Source of the DNA: Mytilus edulis
Lineage: Eukaryota
Direction: 5' to 3'
Assembly: GCF_963676685.1 (NCBI RefSeq)
Contig: NC_092354.1
Span: forward strand, 77,438,001-77,502,000
Length of the DNA stretch: 64,000 bases
The first letter of the stretch is position 1. Each line of letters opens with the position of its first letter. Below the pieces are notes generated by a model. That model was not told where the DNA came from and made no database searches. It was given only the letters and a program-made list of their open reading frames with translations. The translations under genes and the position numbers were made by a program. Shown here piece after piece: positions 41,101 through 52,847 of this stretch.

Positions 41101-43283
41101 ATCATATCACAGGGAACATATTTACTAAGTTTCGAGTTGGTTGGACTTCAACTTCATCAATAACTAACTCCACAAAAACTTTAACCTGAAGCGGGAAAGA
41201 CGGACGAACGAACGAACGGACGAACAGACTAGAAAACATAATTCCCATAAATGGGGCATACACATTTATTGTTGGAAGTGAAAACTTTAGCCTGAATCCG
41301 GACAGAAGGACGGACAAACGAACGAACAGACGAATAGACTAGAAAACATAATGGGGCATAAAAATTATTGTTGAAAGTGAAAGTAGGATAGAGATTAGAG
41401 GGAGGCGGGACTTATTCGGGACGTCGGGATCGGGTGTTTTTAAGCTCGGGATTTCGGGATTGATCTTTACGGGATGCGAGAATATTTTTTTTTAATTTCG
41501 GGATGTCGGGATATACGAGATAAAAATCCTACCATTTGCATGTTAATAGGGCTCTCAAAAGGAAAAGCACTGATGGATTGTCCTAGAAGCACATTCTATT
41601 AGAATAATTATTATAATGGTCTATAAGCAGTTTCATTTATTTCAATACATGTTTGAAGCGGTGCAATTTTTTTAGCTGATTTTACAGAGTTATCTCCCTG
41701 TAGTGTTAGGTACCACCTTAATATGACGTTGTGTCTTTTTTTTTTTTTTTTATCAAATTTACAATCATAAAGACATTATTCTTTCGGTCGTATTCACAAG
41801 TAATATGGGCCAGAAAATATAAAATCAATGACAGAAATACGCTGTCATATCCCATGAATTAAAGTCCCAAATTAACATATGATACTGGCCTATATAATAA
41901 ACCACTTCCATCTTCAGTTTTAAAAGTTCTGTTAAAGTATTCACATCATTTGATAATCAATGTTATACTCTTTCGACCAGTGTTTTGTTGCCTTATTCTG
42001 GCATTGATACGTAAGTTAAGTTTAAAATTGAACGTGTGTTTCAGGCTCGTGACCTGCAGTTAGCGTTAGACGAAAAGGAAGAAAAAGCTAACAACTTGCA
42101 AAAGGATTTAGAATACTACAGAAGCCAGCTCGACATAGTAGAGAAACAAGTAAAGAAACAGAAAGACGACAACAGCGAAAAAGATACTAGAATAATGATA
42201 CTTAGAAATCAGGTATGGTTACTAAAAACAAACAAGGGAAAGTACAAATAACAAACAACATAGAGTCAACATTCATTAAACTTGTAGAACGATAACATCG
42301 AGGAGGCCCCCCCCCCCCCTCATCGAGGACATATTTTTGAAGATCTAAAGACGTTTACACCTACGTTAATTTGGTTTTTAGTGAAAAGTGTTCTTCTTGT
42401 TTCTCCTTATTTTAAATTGACAGAATACACAAACTAAAACAATCTCAGTCTATTGAGTATTTGTCTTTAATTCATTGACCAATCAAAACACTTGATTTGA
42501 ATTTTAATGAGTACTATAATGTAATGAGCATTTGACATGACACCGCACCATTTATACTTTAGTTTTCGCTATGATTGTTATCAAAGGAGATTTAAATTGA
42601 CTTTAAAGTGATAGGTTTTCTAGGCATTTAAAAATTAAAAAAAAAAAACTACATGAATTAAGGATTGCAACATAATGTAATCAATGAGGTAGTTTATTTT
42701 AATTTTAAAAGTTAAATGCATGCACACAGAACAAGAAAAATCACTTTTGCAACTGATTTGTCTACTATCAAACTATTTTTGTTTATCTCAACTTAGTCGA
42801 CCTATACTGTAAAATCTACATATGCGATCACCTATTGCGTTTATTTCCAATTTGTTCCAGTCCTGATATCCATTAAAATTTGGAGCTACATGTAGACTTA
42901 AGAAAAAAATAAATAATCAATCAAATCCATAAACGTGTATTTGCGTATTATTACAGGTAGGGAAACTCCAGAACTATCTACAAGCCAGTAAACAGAACTT
43001 ATCACGGATCAATAACGAACAAAAACGCATCATGGACCAATGGAATAAAGAACAGCTGGAACGCTTTAAAGAGATAGAAAACAAGATGGAGGGCGGAAAG
43101 AAAGACAACTCCAAGCGATTTAATACACTGGAGGACAAGATAGATATCTTGATAAAGATGATGTCAGCGCAGGGACCTGCATTGCCCAATCTAATTAAGA
43201 GTGTTGAAAAGAGCAAACCTCCTGTGAAAAGTCATAAAGATGCGTATGGAAGAAAAGGAAAATCAAATCGATATAAGAACTAA
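38109..43283 (+). CDS. CARD + coiled-coil protein, paralogue B (367 aa); exons 38109-38391, 39394-39440, 40015-40293, 42045-42212, 42957-43283
   Basis: CARD exon (KNCEFIENNLVRLSKVVNKLME...LLEKLINVGGTAFTSFVESLNATGNERIA). 47-nt micro-exon EDTAMSREETSFSDST. Three phase-0 coiled-coil exons, all GT-AG and in frame. Confidence 0.85.
40471..41670 (+). mobile_element. 3'-truncated Helitron-like element (same family as 50518-52847) in intron 3 of paralogue B
   Basis: Shared 5' end TCTATACTATTAAACGAGAAGACCTC and colinear internal sequence. Confidence 0.8.
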
Positions 43284-44044
43284 ATCAAATGTTGAAGTAT
43301 ATGAACTTCAAGTCTTTAAACCGTTAGGGATTTGTAAAGATGGTTTTCTTTTACTGAATTATTTCTGAATTGTTAGTTGTCTTCTCTTCCCTTTTACAGC
43401 TACTAATTCGTGTCCTCAACAATTAAAATAATTATGACAATTACATGTATGTTATGTGCCGGCAGTTTTTTTTATCAAAACATTGCTAGTTTTGTTGATT
43501 TTTATTACAGTCTTTAAACAACACATGAATATTATGTCGTTTTTCACTAATTATAAAGATTAACTTACACATCTTTATTGTTTTTTGTTGTTTTATTATC
43601 ATTTCATTTAATAAAACAACAAAAAACAATAAAGATGTGTCAGCGCAGGGACCTGCATTGCCCAATCTAATTAAGAGTGTTGAAAAGAGCAAACCTCCTG
43701 TGAAAAGTCATAAAGATGCGTATGGAAGAAAAGGAAAATCAAATCGATATAAGAACTAAATCAAATGTTGAAGTATATGAACTTCAAGTCTTTAAACCGT
43801 TAGGGATTTGTAAAGATGGTTTTCTTTTACTGAATTATTTCTGAATTGTTAGTTGTCTTCTCTTCCCTTTTACAGCTACTAATTCGTGTCCTCAACAATT
43901 AAAATAATTATGACAATTACATGTATGTTATGTGCCGGCAGTTTTTTTTTATCAAAACATTGCTAGTTTTGTTGATTTTTATTACAGTCTTTAAACAACA
44001 CATGAATATTATGTCGTTTTTCACTAATTATAAAGATTAACTTA
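43162..44044. repeat. ~405-bp direct duplication of the end of the CDS and 3'UTR of paralogue B, with a perfect 32-bp hairpin at the junction
   Basis: 43162-43566 is repeated at 43638-44043. Inverted repeat arms are at 43567-43598 and 43609-43640. Confidence 0.92.
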
Positions 44045-44589
44045 TTGTACACGCGTCAGACTATACAATACAATTACACGCGCTTGAATATACAATCATT
44101 GTAAATAGTGAACACCAGTTGAAAACTCAAGATTGTCATTAATTTCCTTTCATCTTCAATCAATATGCATAAACATGATAAATATCGTTTAATGAGGCAA
44201 TACACAAATAAAAAGATGAAAACATTCACATTTCAATTTTCTTTTCCTCCTGTTTGATTTCGGTTCTTTGTATTTCACAATTTGTGTCAATATTTTCAGG
44301 ACAATGATGCACAAATAATTCATTTTGCGAGCTTAATATATATTGCACGAAAAGAGTTTTAAAAAACAAATTATAAGATAAATAATATGTTCTAAAACAC
44401 AAGGAAAAGTAATCTCAGAATACAATAATTAATCGTAATACTGGCTGTTATTCATTATAGATGATAAAATATTATGTAAATAATGTTTCATTGTTTCTAT
44501 CAATTTTAACTTTCTTGTCACTAAAATTATTTTCTTTTGCATATTCTTTTAATATTTATTGCAATAATAAATTTTAATTAAAAAAAAAT

Positions 44590-44730
44590 GTTGTCTTGTC
44601 GCTAAATAGTTTTTTGTCGCTTGTTGTCGCTAAAATAATTCTTGTTGTCGCTTCTTGTCGTTTGTTGACGCTTGTTGTCGCTAAAATTCTTGTTGTCGCT
44701 AAAATTCTTGTTGTCGCTAATTAGTGAGAC
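44590..44730. repeat. TTGTTGTCGCT(AAAA) short tandem repeats
   Basis: Directly visible. Confidence 0.8.
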
Positions 44731-45134
44731 CGCATTTAAGTGTTATCTAACGTCAGCCGAAAATTGGCGGTTTTGGCTATATTTCTCCTCTTCGAATACC
44801 AACGTTTTTAGATGGTATTGATTCACTTTTATATTTCAATTTCAAATACTAGTTGCTTTTATTATATTTAACACTTGTAGCCTGAATATTTGTATAGAAA
44901 TATTAAAACAGAAAAAATCAAATACTGAAGAACTTTATACACGACGAATCACTTACTCGTGTTTAAAAATTCGCTGTTGTTTGCGCACGTGTGTGTACGT
45001 GCATGATTTTGGAAGATAACTCCCAATTCTTTAGATTTTTACGTATAAATGATTTTGATATCTGAAAAAGAATCTTTTTCATATGATAAACTTTATAGTT
45101 GCTTTGTTTGCCTGATCATCAGATACATTAAAAG

Positions 45135-45258
45135 TAAAGGTTCACGACTATTTGCTTGTAATTTACAATTTGTAAAGCATTGATTTTTAACCTTTACTAA
45201 AGGTTCACGACTATTTGCTTGTAATTTACAATTTTTAAAGCATTGATTTTTAACCTTT
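45135..45258. repeat. ~63-bp tandem duplication
   Basis: taaaggttcacgactatttgcttgtaatttacaattt occurs twice. Confidence 0.85.
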
Positions 45259-45746
45259 TGTATCTGAATATGTGTTTGTTTGGAAATTTTTTCTCCTGAT
45301 TTAAAAAATAACAACAACTAATTTTCATGATCTTTTGGAACCATGTAAAAGCATATTCCCCTTCATTTTCAATGGAAACTAACCATTTTCAGCATGTCCA
45401 AAGCCAGAAATCTCAAGCCTTTGTTAGTCTTGTGTATGGTACTTTAAGTTTTGGTTCATCTGTATATTTCGAAGATAGTGTAGCATTAATTTCCCTGACT
45501 ATTGCAATATACAGTATTGTTCGAAGCCAGTTGTATTAAAGAAATTAGAAGACCTTTATACGTCATATCTTAAGTTACATACATAAATATGCATTATCTT
45601 ATATAGTTTTGTCTGGCATATATCCTTGTTCTCATTTGTATAGTTCAGCGACTGAAAATTAAAGGTGTAAGCTTTCGTGCATTAATCGATGTCCATATAC
45701 TAATATAAGCATATATGTTAGTATTTAGCATATGAAATGTGATAAC

Positions 45747-45902
45747 ATAGGCGGATCCAGGGGGCTGGGGGGCCCGGCCCCCTCCCTTTCGTGGGCAAAA
45801 TTTGGTTGATTATATAGGGAATCATTGAAGCATGACTTGAGCATCCCCCCTCTTAGGTCAGTCAGCCGGCCCTCCCTTAGGAAAAGTTCTGGATCCGCCA
45901 TT
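45747..45902. mobile_element. GC-rich MITE with GGCGGATCCAG TIRs; inverted copy at 57845-58012
   Basis: ataggcggatccag...ctggatccgccat, with a shared internal tatatagggaatca.tgaagcatga. Confidence 0.75.
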
Positions 45903-46088
45903 ATCATAATGTAAATAAATATAGTATACCCTGCCTATCATATAAGTACTGTTATTAACAAAATATGACCTTGATATACAATACTTATGATCTTAGTATA
46001 CTATAAAAGTTTGTGCAATTAACCATGCATTCTGTTGTCTTCGGTTTCAACTACGACTTATATGTCGTCCGACCACCAGTAATCCAAA

Positions 46089-49000
46089 ATGGAACCCATA
46101 GAATCCAAACGGATTACAAAGAATTTATTATTTATCAAAGACAATATCACCCAACTTGAGAAAATCATGGATAAACTTATAGAGGATGACTGCCTCGGAA
46201 TGGATGAAAGAGCTGATATTTTGTCGGCCAAGAGGACAGATAAACAATGCCACAAACTACTTGATATTTTACTAAAACGAGGCGGTAATTCTTACTCGTC
46301 ATTCATAGAGGCTTTAGAAGTATCGGGGAATCATCACGTGGCTACGCGAATACAACATAAAGACTTTCAAAAAGGTAAATTGAACATATTTCACCTTTTC
46401 TACCCCCTAACTAATCCTGTTTACTAACATATCGAAAGTAAACTATTTCGATGTCTCAAGCCAGTAAAAAATGAAATTTGTCAATTCCAGAATGTCAGAG
46501 TTGTCACACACAATGTTTCATTTCAGATTCCTTTTGTCTATGAATTTTACGGATGTCGAAAAGAATTTTTTACTATCTTTTGTCATAAAGTCAGATTTGC
46601 AAATTCCAGAATATTAGATTAGGCCCGCACAATGTTTAGTTTACTCAATTTGAATTGGTATTGGCATAATTTAAATGGTTCATCTTATCTGTAAATGACC
46701 AGTAAATAAACCTATGCGTTAGTCCTAAAACTAATTCTAATATGACGTGCTTCCTTCGTTTGTAAACAACACCGTGATAAAAAAAATAAGTAAATACGAA
46801 ATGTACCAGAAGTAAGCTATTATCTGATGTTTGTTGTACAGTAGCATGTACGGGTGTACGTTTGTATTTGCTTATATCCACGCTATTTGACTGTGGTGGA
46901 TACTTGTCTCAATGGCAGTCATAGACTCATACCACATAATATCTATATTTATATGCATTATATTAATTTGCGTTATCTTTTATGATTTCTACAAGTTTTT
47001 TTTAACGTTAGAACAATAATATATAATATATAATGATAATGACTGTTATTCTTTCATGTCATATTTTTATCTGACTGCATGTTCTCTTTTTTTTTTAACC
47101 AGATGGATATTACATAAATGTCTCTTTCTTCAAGATTTATTTGCTGAAATGCTGTTGCGCTTTTGGGTATAAGCATTGAGCCTATAATTGGAACTATACA
47201 TTTGTCAAACTTTGATTTTTATCAATAGCAATATAATAGTCTTTGATAAAAATGAAAATTGTAAAGTTACAATATTTATGCAGCTATCTTTGTATTTTGA
47301 ATTTTAAACTTATAATAATACTAATGGGACCTGTCAATTGAACAATTAAAAAGTAAAATAATTATGTATATTGGATCACGCGTGCGTAACTCCATTGTCT
47401 GGAGATAATAGCTAAAAGTCAGTTTTCAATGTAAATGAATTTAAATATACCGTTTGTTTACACAATAATTGTAAAATTACCCACCGACAACACTATAAAT
47501 GGATTTACAATGGGTTTATTTGATTTTGCATTGATGCATATCTACTTGCAGACGACACAAGCTTTCTGCACGTGAAAGAAGACACATTTACAGTTAATGG
47601 AAAGGTACAGATGAAGTTATATGGAAATTTTGAATTAAAATATACAGTAAAGCCACATATAGATACGCTCTAAATTTGGCTGCTATTAGGGCACTAGACT
47701 TGAAATTCAATAATTGAATTCAAATCAACGTCGAAATCAAAAACAAATACGAGCATATTTGGATTATACAAGAAAGCATCTCTTTAACATGAAGTTGTCA
47801 CGGAAGTATAGAAAGATAAATGAGACTGTTAAGTAAAGTCAACAGCCTGAAATATAAATAATCTGATTGAAATACGAACGTGTAGTTATCAAATTGAATG
47901 ATTGCATGTACCCACGAGAATAATTTTCTAATTATATATAAGAAGATGTGGTATGCGTGACTATGAGGCAACTCTCCATCCAAGTCATAATTTTTAAAAG
48001 TAAACCACTTTACATTATATAGGTCAAAGTAGTCTTCAGCACGGAGCCTTGGCTCACACCGATCAACAAGCTATAAAGAGCACCCCAAATCTATTTTCAC
48101 ACGTGTAGAAACAAAAAAACTTTTAAGAAGTATCCCTCAATGATAAAAAAAAAACCCAAATATTGTATAGGTGGCGGCATTAAAAAAACTGCATTACCAA
48201 ATCAAGAACAAATTAACTATAATAACGTGGATATCAATCTACATGGACATCAAAAGTCATTTGAATAAGCAAACCCGTACTACTGGTGCTCCTATAAAAT
48301 ATGTTATATATGGAGATAAGGCATCACACAAAAACGAATTGCAAATAAATCCATATTTAATCACACGATATAATCACACTCGTTAAAAACTGTCGGTCAT
48401 GTACATATTTTAACATTAAAACTTGACAAGAATTTGAAAAACATTTTTTACCAGGACAAAGGAATATAGGAAGAAGATGCGGTAGTATTACAAATGAGAT
48501 AACTATCCACAAGAGACCAAATGACACAGAAACTAACTTGGTCCCCATTCCGACCGAACCTGCTCGCGTTATCATACATCCAATACTGCCAAGAATACGC
48601 CTACTTTTAGTAATGGTTTTACTGCTTTATCAGTAGCTTGAGTCCAAAGTTGACATTTCTAAACGTATAACCTTGTCTACCTGTTATACATATTTTTAGA
48701 TTGAGTTTGAAGAAGCTGAGGTGATCCAGCTGTACGAGGAAAAAGAAATGTATTTAGAAAGAGTCAAAGAACTCGAAGTCAGCTGTACACTCTTACAGAA
48801 TGAAAATTATCTGAAAGAACACAAAATTGACAAGCTGAATCAGGACGTCTGGCTTTTAAAGCAAAACGCCCAACAGAAGTACGATGAGATAGACAATGTC
48901 GACGAGACATGCGTAGAACATCTCCGGAAGTTAGATGAAGTTGAAGCTCAGTGTAAAACGCTAGAGGAGGAAAATGCTCATTTACAAATAGTCCAAAGAA

Positions 49001-49470
49001 GCTTACAGGAAACTATCAGCGATAAAGAAGTTACGATGAAAAATCTGAATCAAGAACGAGAGTTTTATAAAAAGCAGATGAACATTCTTCAAGCTGATCT
49101 GAGGCAGCTACAGAATGACAATGCAGAAAAAGACGCCAAGATCCAAACACTAAACGAGCAAATACGACAACTAAAAATTGATCTTCAAAATACCCGTCAA
49201 GCCATGGACAAAATGGCGACTGACTCACGCGTTGCTATGGAACAATTGAAAACCGACCACAGCAATCGATTCAATCAGTTAGACAATAAGCTCGATTGCG
49301 TCTTAAAAATGTTGAAAACATCAAAGATGGTTGACGGAAACGTTTTAAAATCAGCAGATGTAAACAAGAATACAAGGAAACAAAGCATAGGGTCACACAA
49401 AACCGAAAATCGTCCATGTACTAATGCTTCCAGAAATAAACCGGGTATAAACCGTAATCAAAAGATTTGA
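46089..49470 (+). CDS. CARD + coiled-coil protein, paralogue C (369 aa); exons 46089-46374, 47552-47604, 48700-49470
   Basis: CARD exon (KNLLFIKDNITQLEKIMDKLIE...LLDILLKRGGNSYSSFIEALEVSGNHHVA). 53-nt micro-exon DDTSFLHVKEDTFTVNGK. 256-aa coiled-coil exon in frame. Confidence 0.88.
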
Positions 49471-50517
49471 GAATTTGCATGTACTTTAATATGCGACTAT
49501 GTGTTAGAATGTAGTATATCGGTTTTATTTATTATACTTGATGACTGATTTTAATAAATTGATTTCTTTCTAAACTTCCTTCATGACATTAAGGATGTAC
49601 TTAGGTGAGGTTTTGGAAATTGGTATCAGATGTTCGGACTCTATTTTTTTTTTCATCAATACAGGGTCAAATATTTGGCCCCATAACTCCCATTTTTTTT
49701 TATATAAAAGACCTCAAAAACTCATAAAACGCCATTTTCCAAAATTTAAGCAGATTTTTTATTTTTGTTTTTTATCTATTTGAGACCAAAATAATATCAA
49801 TGAAAATTTTAGGTAAAAGTCCGGGTCATCCTTAAAGTTTTAACCGCCATTTTTTAAAACTCAGATATCTCGAAACGAAGCTCCATGGCCTATCATTATT
49901 TTTAGCTTATGGAACGACCATTTGATATTCTGGGGGGGGGGGGGGGGGGGGGTGGGGCAGGAGGATTTTGAAAATAAATAACCCAGCCCCGATAATCTCA
50001 AAATTAAATGGTTTGTTCTGTGGTAGTCTGAAAATAAATTACCTGACGTGCAATGTATAGAAAATAAATAACTCAGCAGATCTAATGTATGAGTACCGCA
50101 GTATGAGATGGCACCAGATTCTTCATAAATTGATATTTTTTCCCAAAAAAAATCGGGAAACACTTCCCAAATTTTTTGATAACAAAAGTATAAATATTAT
50201 CTAAATACACTTGAAATGTCTGAAAATTGGTTTCATTTAATTTGAGGTATATTGTCTCACGAAATCTTACCTCACTTTTATTTTAACAGGGCCGTAACTA
50301 AATGTAGGAAATTTCAAAACCAAACGCTTGTCTCCATATAAAAATTGTGTTCACGGCCTTGCAAGAAGAAAGTTCTGTTTTCCCTCAGACGTGTAGCCCT
50401 GAGTTTTCGGGATCAATGTTTCTTATTTATTTGTCTTTTGTTCATTGATTGACCTCCTGTATTCTGTTACTGTTGCATTCCTTTTGTAATCCAGTAATTT
50501 TATTATGAACTTGATCA

Positions 50518-52847
50518 TCTATACTATTAAACGAGAAGACCTCATTTTTGGTGTCGCTTCTCTTCCTTCCACAATAAATCAATCATCATACCTCTGTGTC
50601 CTATAGGTAACATGCATAGTCGCATTTGTCATCCATTCTTATGATTATTCAGATTGAGTTATTTTGGGAGAAAAACGACAAAAAAGGAGTCCGGATATGA
50701 TTCCGTCATCGGACTGACTTTTAGTTATAGATAAGACTTCCGGTTTTAAAGATGCACAAATACAACCAATCGTATGATAGATAACAACAAGAGGCTGTCA
50801 CAACGACAGCAAACCGGATTTATTAACATTTATTTGTGTCCTGGCAATATCACAAGAACCATAACTGATGAACGGTGAAAGTGAAAATCGTCAATATAAA
50901 ATTTGACCTCCATTTTGTCATCAGTATCAACATATTAAAATTTGAAAGAGCTTACAGGTTGAATGGTTCATGAGTAAATGCAACAACGTGAATGGAAACG
51001 CCATTTTACGATCTTTAAAGAACCATAACTCCTGAACGGGGAAAGTCAAAATCGACATTATTGAACTTGACCTCCATTTTGACATCAGTAACAACATATT
51101 AAAATTTGAAAAGCTTTGGTTGACCAGTTCATGAGTAAATGCACGGACACGACTGGAAACACCATTTTTCAATCTTTCAAGAACCATAACCCCTGAACGG
51201 TAAAAGTCAAAATCGTCATTCTTGAACTTGACCTCCATTTTGTCATCAGTAACAACATATTAAAATTTGAAAAGATTTGAATGAACGGTTCATGAGTAAA
51301 TGCACGGACAACATTTGGTTGCCTTCCGCCCGCCCGCCGTGCATCCCCAAATCAATAACCGACATTTTTGTCATAAAAATCCGGTTAAAAATGAAAAATA
51401 AATTAGCCAATCAGAGCGTTCTCCATATCATGGTGTTTAGATCGCAAGAACCACAACTATTATACCTCCTTATAGAGAACAATTATTTTTCGCGTTTATC
51501 TACATGTAAACTACGATTATACTACTTTAATATATAGAGACTCTCTGTATTCTGTCTACTGTTTTTTTTAAATGTTTACTATTTAAGGGGTCATACCAGT
51601 TGTATATATATTAAAATAAGTAAAACATTTGACACAAGTACAACCAATCGTATGATGGATAACAAAAATGGAGAAAAAAAATAAGCCATTTAGAGCGTTC
51701 TCAATATCATGGTGTTTAGATCACAAGAATCACAACTATTATATCTCCTTAGAGAGAACAATTATTTTTCGCGTTTCATATCATGGTGTTTAGATCGCAA
51801 GAACCACAACTATTATACCTCCTTAGAGAAGACAATTATTTTTCGCGTTTATCTACATGTAAACTACGAACATACTACTTTAATATATAGAGATCGACTG
51901 TCTGTATTCTGTCAGGGACTTTCTATGTTAGTATGTTATCATGTTAGTATAGAAAGTCGGCCCTGATTCTGTCTACTGTTTTCTTTGAAATTTTTACTAT
52001 TTAAGGGGTCATACCACTTGCATATATATTAAAATAAGTAAAACATGCTCAACTTCATCTAAAACTACCTCGACCAAAAACTTTAACCTGAAGCGGGACA
52101 GACACGGAGGGACGAACGAACGAACGGATGTACAGACTAGAAAACATAATGCCCATAAATGGGGCATAACAATTTATTGTTGAAAGGGAAAATAGTGATT
52201 TGGCAAAAATGAAAGTAAGGTAGAGATTAGAAGTAGGCAGAACCTTTTTCGGGGCGTCGGGATCGGGTGTTTTTAAGCTCGGGATTTGGGGATTGATCCT
52301 TACGGGATCCGGGAATATATTTTTCGATTTCGGGATTTCGGGATATGCATTTCTTTAAATTCTGCATCTCGGGATTTCATGGTTTTAAGCCCGGGATTTC
52401 GGGATCAGGACCCGTCCGACCACCCCTCAAAATAGCCTTAGTCATTTATACATGATTCATATCCTACCATTGGCATGTTAATAAGGCACTCAAAAGAAAA
52501 AGAAAACACTGATGGATTATCCTAGAAGCATATTTTATTAGACTAATAATGGTCTATATATAAGCAGTTACATTTATTTCATGTTTGAAACGGTGCAAAT
52601 TGTTAATTTGATTTGACTTTTACCAAAAGAAGCATTGTAGCAAAGGAGAAGAATAATTGTGGTCTGAGGCCAGACACACGAAAATAATTGAATTTAACAG
52701 AAAGGAAACAAATATCGGATTTATGAAAAAGGGAGAGGGCTTTTGATACCTTTTGTGAAATTCTCCATACATAATATCTTTTACAAAAAATCATCCTACA
52801 ACAGTCTTCAAGCTGCATATGCCCGCGATTTCGCGGGTGTGTTCTAG
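50518..52847 (+). mobile_element. Complete non-autonomous Helitron
   Basis: A|TC 5' end, subterminal hairpin CCCGCGA-TT-TCGCGGG (52822-52837), CTAG|T 3' end, no TSD. Confidence 0.88.
50786..51388. mobile_element. HINE/Helentron-like element with ~162-bp tandem repeats, nested in the Helitron
   Basis: Absent from the sister copy at ~40740 (empty site ttac|aaaaatg). Subterminal inverted repeat accggattt/aaatccggt. Units at ~50904, 51068 and 51229. Confidence 0.75.

Noticed and set aside
28595-49470. Naming the cluster CARD9/CARD11, caspase or NLR
   Set aside because: It lacks the CARMA-type CARD C-terminal motif, QACRG catalytic domain, NACHT and MAGUK parts, so no gene symbol is assigned.
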